38,069 bases of DNA from Candidatus Peribacteria bacterium (GTDB lineage: Bacteria > Patescibacteriota > Gracilibacteria > UBA1369 > LOWO2-01-FULL-3). The stretch covers positions 1-38,069 of the forward strand of contig CALRHQ010000001.1 of the NCBI GenBank assembly GCA_943359415.1. The letters run 5' to 3'. Under the pieces are notes generated by a model that saw only the letters and a program-made list of their open reading frames with translations, did no database searches and had not been told where the DNA came from. Shown here piece by piece: positions 17,859 through 26,215 of this stretch; the stretch's first letter is position 1, and every line of letters starts with the position of its first letter. The position numbers were made by a program, and so were the translations under genes.

Positions 17859-19382
17859 ATGGCAGAAAAAATATATTCATGTTCGTTTACGGGTCTATTA
17901 TGCCGAATAATAGAGGTCGAAGCGGACATTTCAAATGGTATGCCGTCATTTTCGATAGTCGGTCTTGGCGATACTTCGGTACAGGAATCAAAAGAAAGAG
18001 TACGTCTCGGAATAAAAAATTCTGGAATGCAATTCCCACAAACAAGGAAAACTATAAACCTCGCGCCGGCACAAGTTCGCAAACAAGGTGCACTTTTCGA
18101 TTTGCCCATAGCGCTGAGCATTCTCATCGACAGCAAACAAATACCAAAAGAAAAATTTGAACACTCGATAATCGTTGGAGAGCTTTCCTTAACGGGAAAA
18201 GTGAATCGTATCGCAGGTGCACTTTTGATAACTCAATTTGCAAAAGAACAAGGTTTTGAGAAAATATTTTTGCCAGCAGAGAACGCATTGGAAGCAAGTT
18301 TTATCGAGGGAATAGACATAATCCCAATCGAAGATTTGAAAGAGATTATCGAATTTTCCACAGGCAAAAAAATAATTTTGCCATACAAAAATGACAATGA
18401 AGACTTGGATCAAAATATTTGTGATTTTACCTTTATCGATAAAATTATAGGACTCGAGAAAGCTAAAAGAGCGCTTGCAATAGGCGCTTGCGGGAGGCAC
18501 AACATTTTACTTTACGGATCTCCCGGTTGTGGAAAAACAATTCTTTGCAGAGCTTTCAAACACTTACTTCCATCGATGACAAAAGAAGAAATTTTAGAAA
18601 CTACAAAAATTTATTCGGTCGCAGGATTATTAAATGCAGATTCTCCACTTGTAAAAACTCGACCATTTCGTGAAGTGCATCACACCGCAACGACATCTTC
18701 GATAATAGGTGGAGGAAATATTCCACGTCCTGGTGAAATATCTTTGGCACACAACGGAATTTTATTTTTTGACGAAATAGCAGAATTCAATCCAACAGTT
18801 TTAGATTCATTACGCCAGCCTATAGAAGATAAATTTATCAATATTTCGCGAATAAATTTGGCAATAAAATTTCCATCAAATTTTATGTTTCTCGCGACGA
18901 TGAATCCTTGTCCATGCGGATTTAAGTCAGACAAAAAGATCAGATGTATTTGCACGGACTCACAAATAAACAACTATCAAAAACGGCTTTCCGGTCCACT
19001 TCTAGATCGTTTCGACATTTTTGTGGAAGTAGAAAAATCAAACATAAATGAAGTTCTCGAAAAAGAAATTACACAAAAAATTTCGCAAAAATCATCACAT
19101 CCATCCTTCATGGAAAACGCCGAAAAAATGCAAAAAGAAAGATTTTTAAAATCGGCAATTTCACGAAACGGCGACATGGACATAGATGATATCAAAAAAT
19201 ATTGCGACCTAACACAAGACGCAAAAGACATACTAAATCGCGCCGCAGAAAAACTAAATCTATCAAATCGCGGTTACCTAAAAGTAATAAAAATTTCCCG
19301 CACAATCGCCGACATGGACCTCAAAGAAAAAATCGAAACATCACATGTACTCGAGGCATTGCAGTACAGGAGGACGAGTTGA
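17859..19382 (+). CDS. comM: YifB/ComM family Mg-chelatase-like AAA+ ATPase
   Basis: Lon-protease-like N-domain, Walker A GSPGCGKT, Walker B ILFFDEI, and C-terminal ChlI-C region. 507 aa is typical. Confidence 0.9.
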   Translation: MAEKIYSCSFTGLLCRIIEVEADISNGMPSFSIVGLGDTSVQESKERVRLGIKNSGMQFPQTRKTINLAPAQVRKQGALFDLPIALSILIDSKQIPKEKFEHSIIVGELSLTGKVNRIAGALLITQFAKEQGFEKIFLPAENALEASFIEGIDIIPIEDLKEIIEFSTGKKIILPYKNDNEDLDQNICDFTFIDKIIGLEKAKRALAIGACGRHNILLYGSPGCGKTILCRAFKHLLPSMTKEEILETTKIYSVAGLLNADSPLVKTRPFREVHHTATTSSIIGGGNIPRPGEISLAHNGILFFDEIAEFNPTVLDSLRQPIEDKFINISRINLAIKFPSNFMFLATMNPCPCGFKSDKKIRCICTDSQINNYQKRLSGPLLDRFDIFVEVEKSNINEVLEKEITQKISQKSSHPSFMENAEKMQKERFLKSAISRNGDMDIDDIKKYCDLTQDAKDILNRAAEKLNLSNRGYLKVIKISRTIADMDLKEKIETSHVLEALQYRRTS

Positions 19383-19397
19383 AAAAAACAAGAAAAT

Positions 19398-19658
19398 TTA
19401 TTTTACCATCTTTTTGTCGCGACTTATTAAGGTGAGCTTCTCCTCTCTGCTCAGCCCTTTAACCTTACCCTCAGCTTTCGATGCAGTAGATCTATTACGA
19501 AACTTTTTTGAGTAAACAAGTTCCACAGGTCTGCGTGCACTTGTGTATTTAGCACCAAGTTTTGAAGTATTATGTTCATTTATTCTGCGCTCCAAATCGA
19601 CCGTGATTCCGGTGTACAAAGTGTCGTCAGCGCATCTGAGAATGTAGAGGTAATACAT
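19398..19658 (-). CDS. GIY-YIG nuclease superfamily protein (UPF0213-like)
   Basis: YYLYILRCADDTLYTGITVDLERRINEHN is the canonical GIY-YIG N-terminus. I prefer the ATG at 19656-19658 over the track's TTG at 19673. Confidence 0.85.
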   Translation of the reverse strand: MYYLYILRCADDTLYTGITVDLERRINEHNTSKLGAKYTSARRPVELVYSKKFRNRSTASKAEGKVKGLSREEKLTLISRDKKMVK

Positions 19659-19721
19659 TAATTCGATTAACAAACAGTTTTTTTAAGACTACACTGAAAC
19701 CGCTTAATCTACAAAAACCAA

Positions 19722-20279
19722 ATGGAATACTTCGATCTTTACGACAAAAACGGAAAACAATTAAACAAAATAAAACTTCGCTCGGAAGTACACAGAGATG
19801 GAGATTGGCATTATGCTGTGGATATTTGGATATTGAATAACCGTAGAGAACTACTTTTACAAAAACGTTCAAAACAAAAAGAATCATTTCCAAACCTTTG
19901 GGAAGTATCTTGTTCAGGGCATATTTCATCCGGAGAAGATTCAAAGACTTCAGCATTACGCGAAATAAAAGAAGAACTTGGTCTCGATATTGAAGAAAAA
20001 GCATTAAAATTTATTTTCAAAGCAAAAGACTCTAGTATTACAAATAAAGGCACATTTATAAACAATGAATTCAAAGATGTTTATTTGATAAAAAAAGACA
20101 TAGAGCTTCATGAATTAAAACTTGATCTACTCGAAGTTTCAGAAGTGAAATTCATAAGTATAGAAGACCTGAAACAACACATAGAAGACAAAGACAAAAC
20201 TTTCGTTCCACACGAAGAAGTTTATAAGAAATTATTTGAGTATCTAGCTTCACATGGACCAGAAAATAAAAAATTGTAA
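19722..20279 (+). CDS. NUDIX hydrolase
   Basis: Nudix box GHISSGEDSKTSALREIKEELGL (GX5EX7REUXEEXGU). Confidence 0.85.
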   Translation: MEYFDLYDKNGKQLNKIKLRSEVHRDGDWHYAVDIWILNNRRELLLQKRSKQKESFPNLWEVSCSGHISSGEDSKTSALREIKEELGLDIEEKALKFIFKAKDSSITNKGTFINNEFKDVYLIKKDIELHELKLDLLEVSEVKFISIEDLKQHIEDKDKTFVPHEEVYKKLFEYLASHGPENKKL

Positions 20280-20334
20280 AAAATGTGAAGCACAATTTTC
20301 GATCGAAAAAGAAGATTAAGATTTTTACTCGAAA

Positions 20335-21903
20335 ATGAATGTTCCTTCTCCAACACTTTGTCCTCCATGCAGGATGCAGCGAAAAATGTGTTTCAGAAAC
20401 GAAAGAACTTTATACAAAGCAAAGTGTACTTTTTCGAATCAAGATATGCTTTCTGTATATCCACCAACAACAAAATACACAGTATACGAGCAGAAAATAT
20501 GGTGGTCAGACAAATGGAACGCACTTGATTACGGGATGGATTTTGATTTTAACAGGTCATTCTTTGAACAGTTCGAGGAACTTTGCCTTAAAGTACCAAA
20601 AATAAATCTAGACAACAGAGCAAATGAAAACAGTGATTACTGCAATGACACAAGCCAATTGAAAGATTCATATTTATGTTTCAACAGCGAGCAATCTCAG
20701 GATTTCCATTATTGCACAACAAGTGCTTACGGCAGAGACTGCATGGATATGTTTTGGGCATTACAATGTGAACTGTGTTATGAGTGCACAAAAGTTACAG
20801 GAGGATATCATTGCTTCTTTTGCTTTAATTCAAGCAATATAAGCGACTGCTTCTTTTGCGAAGATTTGGTCGGATGTAAAAATTGTTTCGGATGTATCGG
20901 TCTTCATCACAAAGAATATTGTTTATTTAATGAGCGATTAAGCAGAGAACAATACGAAGATTTTCTAAATAACTTTAAATTTACTTACGAGAACATTCAA
21001 GACTCAAAGAAAAAATTGGCAGAACTAAGGCTGAAAACTCCACATAAAAATCTAGAAATAGATAACAGTGAAAACTGTTTGGGAGACTACATAAGCAATT
21101 CAAAAAATTGCTCATACTGTTTTGACGTAATGGAATCACAAGATTGCAAATACGTATGGGATGGTATGTTAAATACCGGATATGATTGCTTCAACACGGG
21201 ATTGGATGCAAATTTTATTTACGAATCGGTTGGAGTTTACAGGTCGAACAACGTAAAATTTTGCAATAAATGTTCGCAAAGCAACGACATACTTTATTGC
21301 GATTATTGCTATAAGCTTAGCAATTGTTTTGGATGCACAAACCTAAACTACAACGAATATTGCATCCTAAATAAAAAATATACAAAAGAAGAATACGAAA
21401 AACTATTGCCAAAAATTATTGAACACATGAAGAAAGATGGCTCATGGGGTGAATTCTTTGATGCCAAAATAAGCCTCATCGGATACAATAGCTCAATGGC
21501 TCAGTATTATTTTCCTTTAGATAAGGCAACAGCGGAAAGACAGGGATTTATATGGGAAGATTACGAGAAGCCTAAAACAGAACTAAAAAACATCAAAGTG
21601 AAAGACCTGCCAAACGATATCTCGGAAGTAAATGACGACATTTTAAACACAACAATAGAATGCGAAAAAGATGGGAAATCTTTCAAAATAATTCCTCAAG
21701 AATTAAATTTTTATAAAAAACACGGTTTAGCGTTACCGCATCTGTGTCACGATTGTAGGCATTTTGAAAGAAAAGGAAAAATGAATCCAAGAAAACTATA
21801 TGACAGGCAGTGTATAAAATGTGGAACAGAAATATCCACGACATATGCAAAAGGTCGCAAAGAAACAGTCTATTGTGAAAAATGTTATTTAGAACAAATC
21901 TAA
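20335..21903 (+). CDS. Cys-rich zinc-ribbon repeat protein of unknown function (paralog 2); N-terminal ribbon upstream is interrupted by an in-frame TAA
   Basis: 522 aa. Blocks shared with 9035-10639: WW(G/S)DKWNALDYG.DFDF, CFGC.(G/N)LN...YCILNK.YTKEEYE.L.PKIIEHM, QELNFY.K.GL, and C-terminal ribbons. In frame upstream (20254-20334) it reads MDQKIKNCKKCEAQFSIEKED*DFYSK. Confidence 0.8.
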   Translation: MNVPSPTLCPPCRMQRKMCFRNERTLYKAKCTFSNQDMLSVYPPTTKYTVYEQKIWWSDKWNALDYGMDFDFNRSFFEQFEELCLKVPKINLDNRANENSDYCNDTSQLKDSYLCFNSEQSQDFHYCTTSAYGRDCMDMFWALQCELCYECTKVTGGYHCFFCFNSSNISDCFFCEDLVGCKNCFGCIGLHHKEYCLFNERLSREQYEDFLNNFKFTYENIQDSKKKLAELRLKTPHKNLEIDNSENCLGDYISNSKNCSYCFDVMESQDCKYVWDGMLNTGYDCFNTGLDANFIYESVGVYRSNNVKFCNKCSQSNDILYCDYCYKLSNCFGCTNLNYNEYCILNKKYTKEEYEKLLPKIIEHMKKDGSWGEFFDAKISLIGYNSSMAQYYFPLDKATAERQGFIWEDYEKPKTELKNIKVKDLPNDISEVNDDILNTTIECEKDGKSFKIIPQELNFYKKHGLALPHLCHDCRHFERKGKMNPRKLYDRQCIKCGTEISTTYAKGRKETVYCEKCYLEQI

Positions 21904-21905
21904 AA

Positions 21906-22553
21906 TTATTTTTTTCTGTCCACCACGTTTTTAGGCATAGTATATCCTGGAATCCATCCACGCAAAGAAACAATACTTAAGGCTTTTCCTTTTACAGGAA
22001 AAGAAGTTTTTAAATCGAAATTTCTTCCACCTACCATCATATAAATATCTTTTGGATCTTGAAGATCTAATCTAATCCTTTCTCCAGCCTTCAAGTTTTC
22101 ACCAACATCTAAGAAAATAGAAATAAGTCCTTCGGAATTTTTATCAGTTTTATATCCAACATTTCCAAAAGAAATATATCCATTTTCTATATTTCCTTCG
22201 GACAAAATTTCTTCACCACTTTTCAAAATTGCTTTATCGATATTCTCAGAAAGCACGCCGAAAATCTTGAGCTTTAAGCCGTTTATAAGCATTTGATCAT
22301 CGTGAGTTCTGAAAGATATTTTCATCATATTTACATTCGTAGCTCCGGGGACAACAGATAAAACATCTTTGTTTCGAGATATTTCAAAATCAATTTTTCT
22401 GTCATCTACTTCGATAACAGAATGTTCAACTGAATTATATCCCAAAACATTCGCCATGAAAGTTTGAGTGTTTCTGTCCGAGCCAACGGCAACGGTTGAA
22501 CAAACAATCATCACTAAAAGAAAATAAAATTTAATTATTTTTTCTATATTCAT
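21906..22553 (-). CDS. Hypothetical secreted protein
   Basis: 215 aa with a signal peptide (FYFLLVMIVCSTVAVG). It overlaps the upstream SLH gene by 23 bp, so the two are probably co-transcribed. Confidence 0.6.
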   Translation of the reverse strand: MNIEKIIKFYFLLVMIVCSTVAVGSDRNTQTFMANVLGYNSVEHSVIEVDDRKIDFEISRNKDVLSVVPGATNVNMMKISFRTHDDQMLINGLKLKIFGVLSENIDKAILKSGEEILSEGNIENGYISFGNVGYKTDKNSEGLISIFLDVGENLKAGERIRLDLQDPKDIYMMVGGRNFDLKTSFPVKGKALSIVSLRGWIPGYTMPKNVVDRKK

Positions 22554-23841
22554 CTATAATATTTTTTACAAAATCCTGCGTTGCAGGTAAGTCAGGGCTA
22601 AAGTTGACGCCAAGTCCGTCGGCTTTCCCCTCAGCTAAAAAGCTTTGTACGTAAGGATAAACAGGAGAGTTGTCATCAACATCTTTAAAATGTTTTTCAG
22701 TACTTTGAGTAAGATCAGCTTCAAAATAATCCATTACCATTTTCAAAACATCACCTCTTGTGATTTTTTTCTCAGGAGAAAAACTAAGTGCAGAAGTATT
22801 CAAAAGTCCTAGATTGTAAACAGTTTGCACGTAAGGCGCATACCATTGATCCGGGCTTACATCAGTGTAAGAAAGTACTTCATTTACAGATAAAGTGATT
22901 TTTAAATAATCAACAAACGCTTTCATAAACTCAGCTCTATTCATCTCTTTTTGAGGGCCAAGTTCCACAACATCAGTTACTGCATAATATCCATTTTCAG
23001 GATTTGTGGCCTTAACGAAAACATAGTGATTATTTGTTGAGCCATATGGGTGTTCCGAAAATTTTACATAGTGAGAATTTTCCTCACTGCGGCCATCTCT
23101 AGCGAAATCAGTCTCAAGATTTTTTGCAGAATTCTCATAAACATAATATCCAATAGGAGTTGAGAAAGATGTATTTTCAAAATATTTTCCATCGCCACTT
23201 TCAAGCAAAACATTGTCTTTTCTCAAGAGTTCAAAATTGTGTTTTTTAACGACATATTTGTTGTCATTAAAGTTTAATTCGATTTTTCCATCAGATGAAA
23301 TATCAGAAATAAAAATATCTTTTATTTTTCCTGGACCTTCGAAAATTTTAGAAATAAAAACATTGTTTGTTTTATCTGCATCGGTTTTATCTGCTATATC
23401 CAGATAAATAGGAACATCTCCGCCGTTATAGTTCCCATCAAAAATAACTTCATAATCTTTGATTATATAAGTTCCATCTTTGGCCAAAGAAAAACCGTAA
23501 TCAGTATTTCTTACCGCTACGTTTTTTTGGTTACCATCTCCATGCAAAATAACGCGAGCATTTATAAGTCTTCCACCATTATTTTTTACAACAATGCTGG
23601 CTTTATATTTATAATAATTAAAATCTTCGGTTGGCTCTGATTCTTTATTTAAAACAATATTTACTATAGAAAGATCAGGCGCAGATGGAGCAAAGTCTTC
23701 ATATGTCGCCTTTAAAACGCTTAAAACAGACGTATTAATAATGTTGTAATCGCTCTTGTGTAACGCCTTATTCACAAAAATGCCTCCCACTACGGAAACA
23801 GCAATCAGGACAAAAGCTAACTTTTTTGAGGACACCTTCAT
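22531..23841 (-). CDS. Cell-surface protein with C-terminal S-layer-homology (SLH) domains
   Basis: N-terminal TM/signal. A CARDB-like segment (YKASIVVKNNGGRLINARVIL). SLH-like repeats (MNRAEFMKAFVDYL; YTDVSPDQWYAPYVQTVYNLGLL...ITRGDVLKMV; FKDVDDNSPVYPYVQSFLAEG). Confidence 0.7.
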   Translation of the reverse strand: MKVSSKKLAFVLIAVSVVGGIFVNKALHKSDYNIINTSVLSVLKATYEDFAPSAPDLSIVNIVLNKESEPTEDFNYYKYKASIVVKNNGGRLINARVILHGDGNQKNVAVRNTDYGFSLAKDGTYIIKDYEVIFDGNYNGGDVPIYLDIADKTDADKTNNVFISKIFEGPGKIKDIFISDISSDGKIELNFNDNKYVVKKHNFELLRKDNVLLESGDGKYFENTSFSTPIGYYVYENSAKNLETDFARDGRSEENSHYVKFSEHPYGSTNNHYVFVKATNPENGYYAVTDVVELGPQKEMNRAEFMKAFVDYLKITLSVNEVLSYTDVSPDQWYAPYVQTVYNLGLLNTSALSFSPEKKITRGDVLKMVMDYFEADLTQSTEKHFKDVDDNSPVYPYVQSFLAEGKADGLGVNFSPDLPATQDFVKNIIDEYRKNN

Positions 23842-23971
23842 TTTTATTTATTTTTGTTTTTTTTTAATCTCACAATTATAGCAGAAATAAGAGAAATTAT
23901 CAATCCTTTACAGCCTCAAAAGCATCCAAAAAGGTTTAAATTTAGGAGAAAATCTGTATAATGCCTTCGTT

Positions 23972-25225
23972 ATGGCTAATTTTATAATAAAAGGAGGCAA
24001 AAAACTTCAAGGGGAAGTCACGGTAAGTGGCTCAAAAAACGCTGCACTTCCTATAATTTGTGCATCACTTTTGTCAAAAGAAAAAGTAATCCTTGAAAAT
24101 GTTCCAAACATAGAAGACGTAAGGTCAATGATCAAGATTATCACAGCACTTGGAGCAAAAACGTCATTTGAAAATCACATTCTCGAAATAGATCCTTCTA
24201 AAATTTCAGACCAAGAAATTCCAAATGAAATGGTTACGAAAATGCGCGCATCAATTTTGATACTTGGTGGACTTTTGCCAAGAACCGGCAAAGTAAAAAT
24301 GCAATATCCGGGTGGATGTGTACTTGGAAAAAGATCTGTAGATGCGCATACCCATGCTTTCAAAGAACTTGGATGCGAGGTGATAGATGACCAACAAGGC
24401 TTAAATATAAAATGTAATATTCTGAAAGGTAAGAAAATAATCCTTCCGGAATTAAGCGTCACGGCAACAGAAAATGCGATAATGGCATCGGTTCTAGCTC
24501 AAGGAGAAACGGAAATCAGGCTTGCAGCCTGCGAACCACATGTACAAGATTTATGCGAATTTTTAAATAAAAGAGGAGCAAAGATAAAAGGAATCGGGAC
24601 AAATGTTTTAAAAATAAAAGGCGTTAAGAAATTAAAAAAAGTAAAATATAGAATTACCGGTGATTATTTGGAAGCTGGAACAATCTTGATCGCCGCAGCA
24701 GCAACAGGCGGAAGCGTACTTGTAAAAGGATTTAATCCAAATGATTTAGATAGTCTTTGGCAAAAACTTGAAGAAGTTGGCATTCCATTAACTATAGGAA
24801 AAGACAGTGTGAAAATAAATACAGCACTTAATCTTACTGCAGTAAAAACGCTTAGGACAGCTGTATTTCCAAGTTTTCCGACAGACCTGCAGGCACCGTT
24901 TGCAGTCCTTTTGACTCAAGCACATGGAGTTAGCAAAGTTTTCGAAACATTATTTGAAGGTCGATTAAATTATATTTTCGAACTGGAAAAAATGGGCGCA
25001 AAAATAAATCTTTTAAATCCACACCAAGCTTTGATCTCAGGACCAACACCTCTAGATGGAGTACCTATCGCAAGTTGCGACATAAGAGCTGGGGCGGCAA
25101 TGGTTATAGCTGCACTAATAGCAAATGGCAAAACTGAAATTTCAAATATAAATTACATAGATAGAGGTTACGAAAAAATAGAAGAAAAACTTCGAAATCT
25201 TGGAGCAGATATAGAAAGAATTTAA
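23972..25225 (+). CDS. murA: UDP-N-acetylglucosamine 1-carboxyvinyltransferase
   Basis: GSKNAALPI, the catalytic-loop region YPGGCVLGKRSVD, and a full-length 417-aa EPSP-synthase fold pattern. Confidence 0.95.
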   Translation: MANFIIKGGKKLQGEVTVSGSKNAALPIICASLLSKEKVILENVPNIEDVRSMIKIITALGAKTSFENHILEIDPSKISDQEIPNEMVTKMRASILILGGLLPRTGKVKMQYPGGCVLGKRSVDAHTHAFKELGCEVIDDQQGLNIKCNILKGKKIILPELSVTATENAIMASVLAQGETEIRLAACEPHVQDLCEFLNKRGAKIKGIGTNVLKIKGVKKLKKVKYRITGDYLEAGTILIAAAATGGSVLVKGFNPNDLDSLWQKLEEVGIPLTIGKDSVKINTALNLTAVKTLRTAVFPSFPTDLQAPFAVLLTQAHGVSKVFETLFEGRLNYIFELEKMGAKINLLNPHQALISGPTPLDGVPIASCDIRAGAAMVIAALIANGKTEISNINYIDRGYEKIEEKLRNLGADIERI

Positions 25226-26037
25226 AAAATTATTTCCACTTTTCCGTCTAAATCAGTTCGGTAAATTTTTATGCCATATTTTTCAAGTCTATCCAAAACA
25301 ATTTGAGTCGGGAAACCATATGAATTGTTTTTACTGCAACTTATGATGGCAATTTTAGGGCCAATCTCCTGTAAAAACGCATCGCTTGAAGATTTTTTAC
25401 TTCCATGATGAGAAATTTTCAAAACATCTGATTTTAAATTTTTATATTTCGCAATAATCTTTTTTTCTATGCTTTCTCCGATATCTCCACCAACAAAAAT
25501 AGACTTATCTTCGTAAATAATTCTCATTACAACAGATGAATCATTTACATCTTTAAAAGTTTGTCCGTTGATTTTTGAAAATGGATAAATTGTATCGACA
25601 AAAGTACTTCCAAAATCAAAATCAGTTTCACTATCAGCAACAAAAATCTCAGCACCTTCCTCTTTTACAGCTTTTAAAAAATTTGCATATACATCACTCT
25701 TATAAAGAACAAAAGTTGCCATAACTCGTTTAACGTCATAGTTTTTAAGAACAGAAATAAGCCCGCTAACGTGGTCAGCATGTGGATGAGTAAGCACCAT
25801 AAGATCAATAGTTCTATCAAAGAAAAACATAGTATCTCCAATTTCTTTTGATACGTTATTCCTAGGGCCTCCATCTATCAAAATATGTTTATTTTCAGGC
25901 GTTTTTATGAGCAAACTATCACCCTGTCCGACATCCAAAAAATACGCATGAAACCTGTTGTCAGGTAGGTCAATGATGAAAATAGCGCATGACACACCAA
26001 CAACAAAGATTATTTGAAAAATATATTTAAAAAACAT
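25222..26037 (-). CDS. Metallo-beta-lactamase-fold protein, ComEC/Rec2 C-terminal-domain-like (stand-alone)
   Basis: N-terminal TM, VGQGDS, HPHADHVSGL (HxHxDH), and a late HHGS motif. This matches the MBL domain of ComEC, but the competence channel domain is absent. Confidence 0.75.
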   Translation of the reverse strand: MFFKYIFQIIFVVGVSCAIFIIDLPDNRFHAYFLDVGQGDSLLIKTPENKHILIDGGPRNNVSKEIGDTMFFFDRTIDLMVLTHPHADHVSGLISVLKNYDVKRVMATFVLYKSDVYANFLKAVKEEGAEIFVADSETDFDFGSTFVDTIYPFSKINGQTFKDVNDSSVVMRIIYEDKSIFVGGDIGESIEKKIIAKYKNLKSDVLKISHHGSKKSSSDAFLQEIGPKIAIISCSKNNSYGFPTQIVLDRLEKYGIKIYRTDLDGKVEIIF

Positions 26038-26104
26038 GCCCCCATAATACGAAAGGAAGATTAAATTTATATTAAAAAAAATTAAATTATTTCTAAAATG
26101 TCGA

Positions 26105-26206
26105 GTTTACTTCGAAATATTCTTTTGAACGCATTGTGTTCTATTCGTAAAAAGATTGTGAACAGGAAAAAGAAGCATAAGTTCAAAGGAATATTTCGAA
26201 GTAAAC
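26105..26206. repeat. 26-bp inverted repeat (25/26 complementary) flanking a 50-nt spacer; long hairpin or MITE-like element
   Basis: Left arm 26105-26130 is GTTTACTTCGAAATATTCTTTTGAAC. Right arm 26181-26206 is GTTCAAAGGAATATTTCGAAGTAAAC. It lies between the stop of the FN3 gene and the start of the MBL gene, both on the minus strand. Confidence 0.8.
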
Positions 26207-26215
26207 CGTTTGAAA

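Noticed and set aside
23944-23974. TATAAT at 23957-23962 as the murA promoter giving a near-leaderless mRNA
   Set aside because: It is a single hexamer match in AT-rich DNA with no convincing -35. That is too weak to report as a feature.
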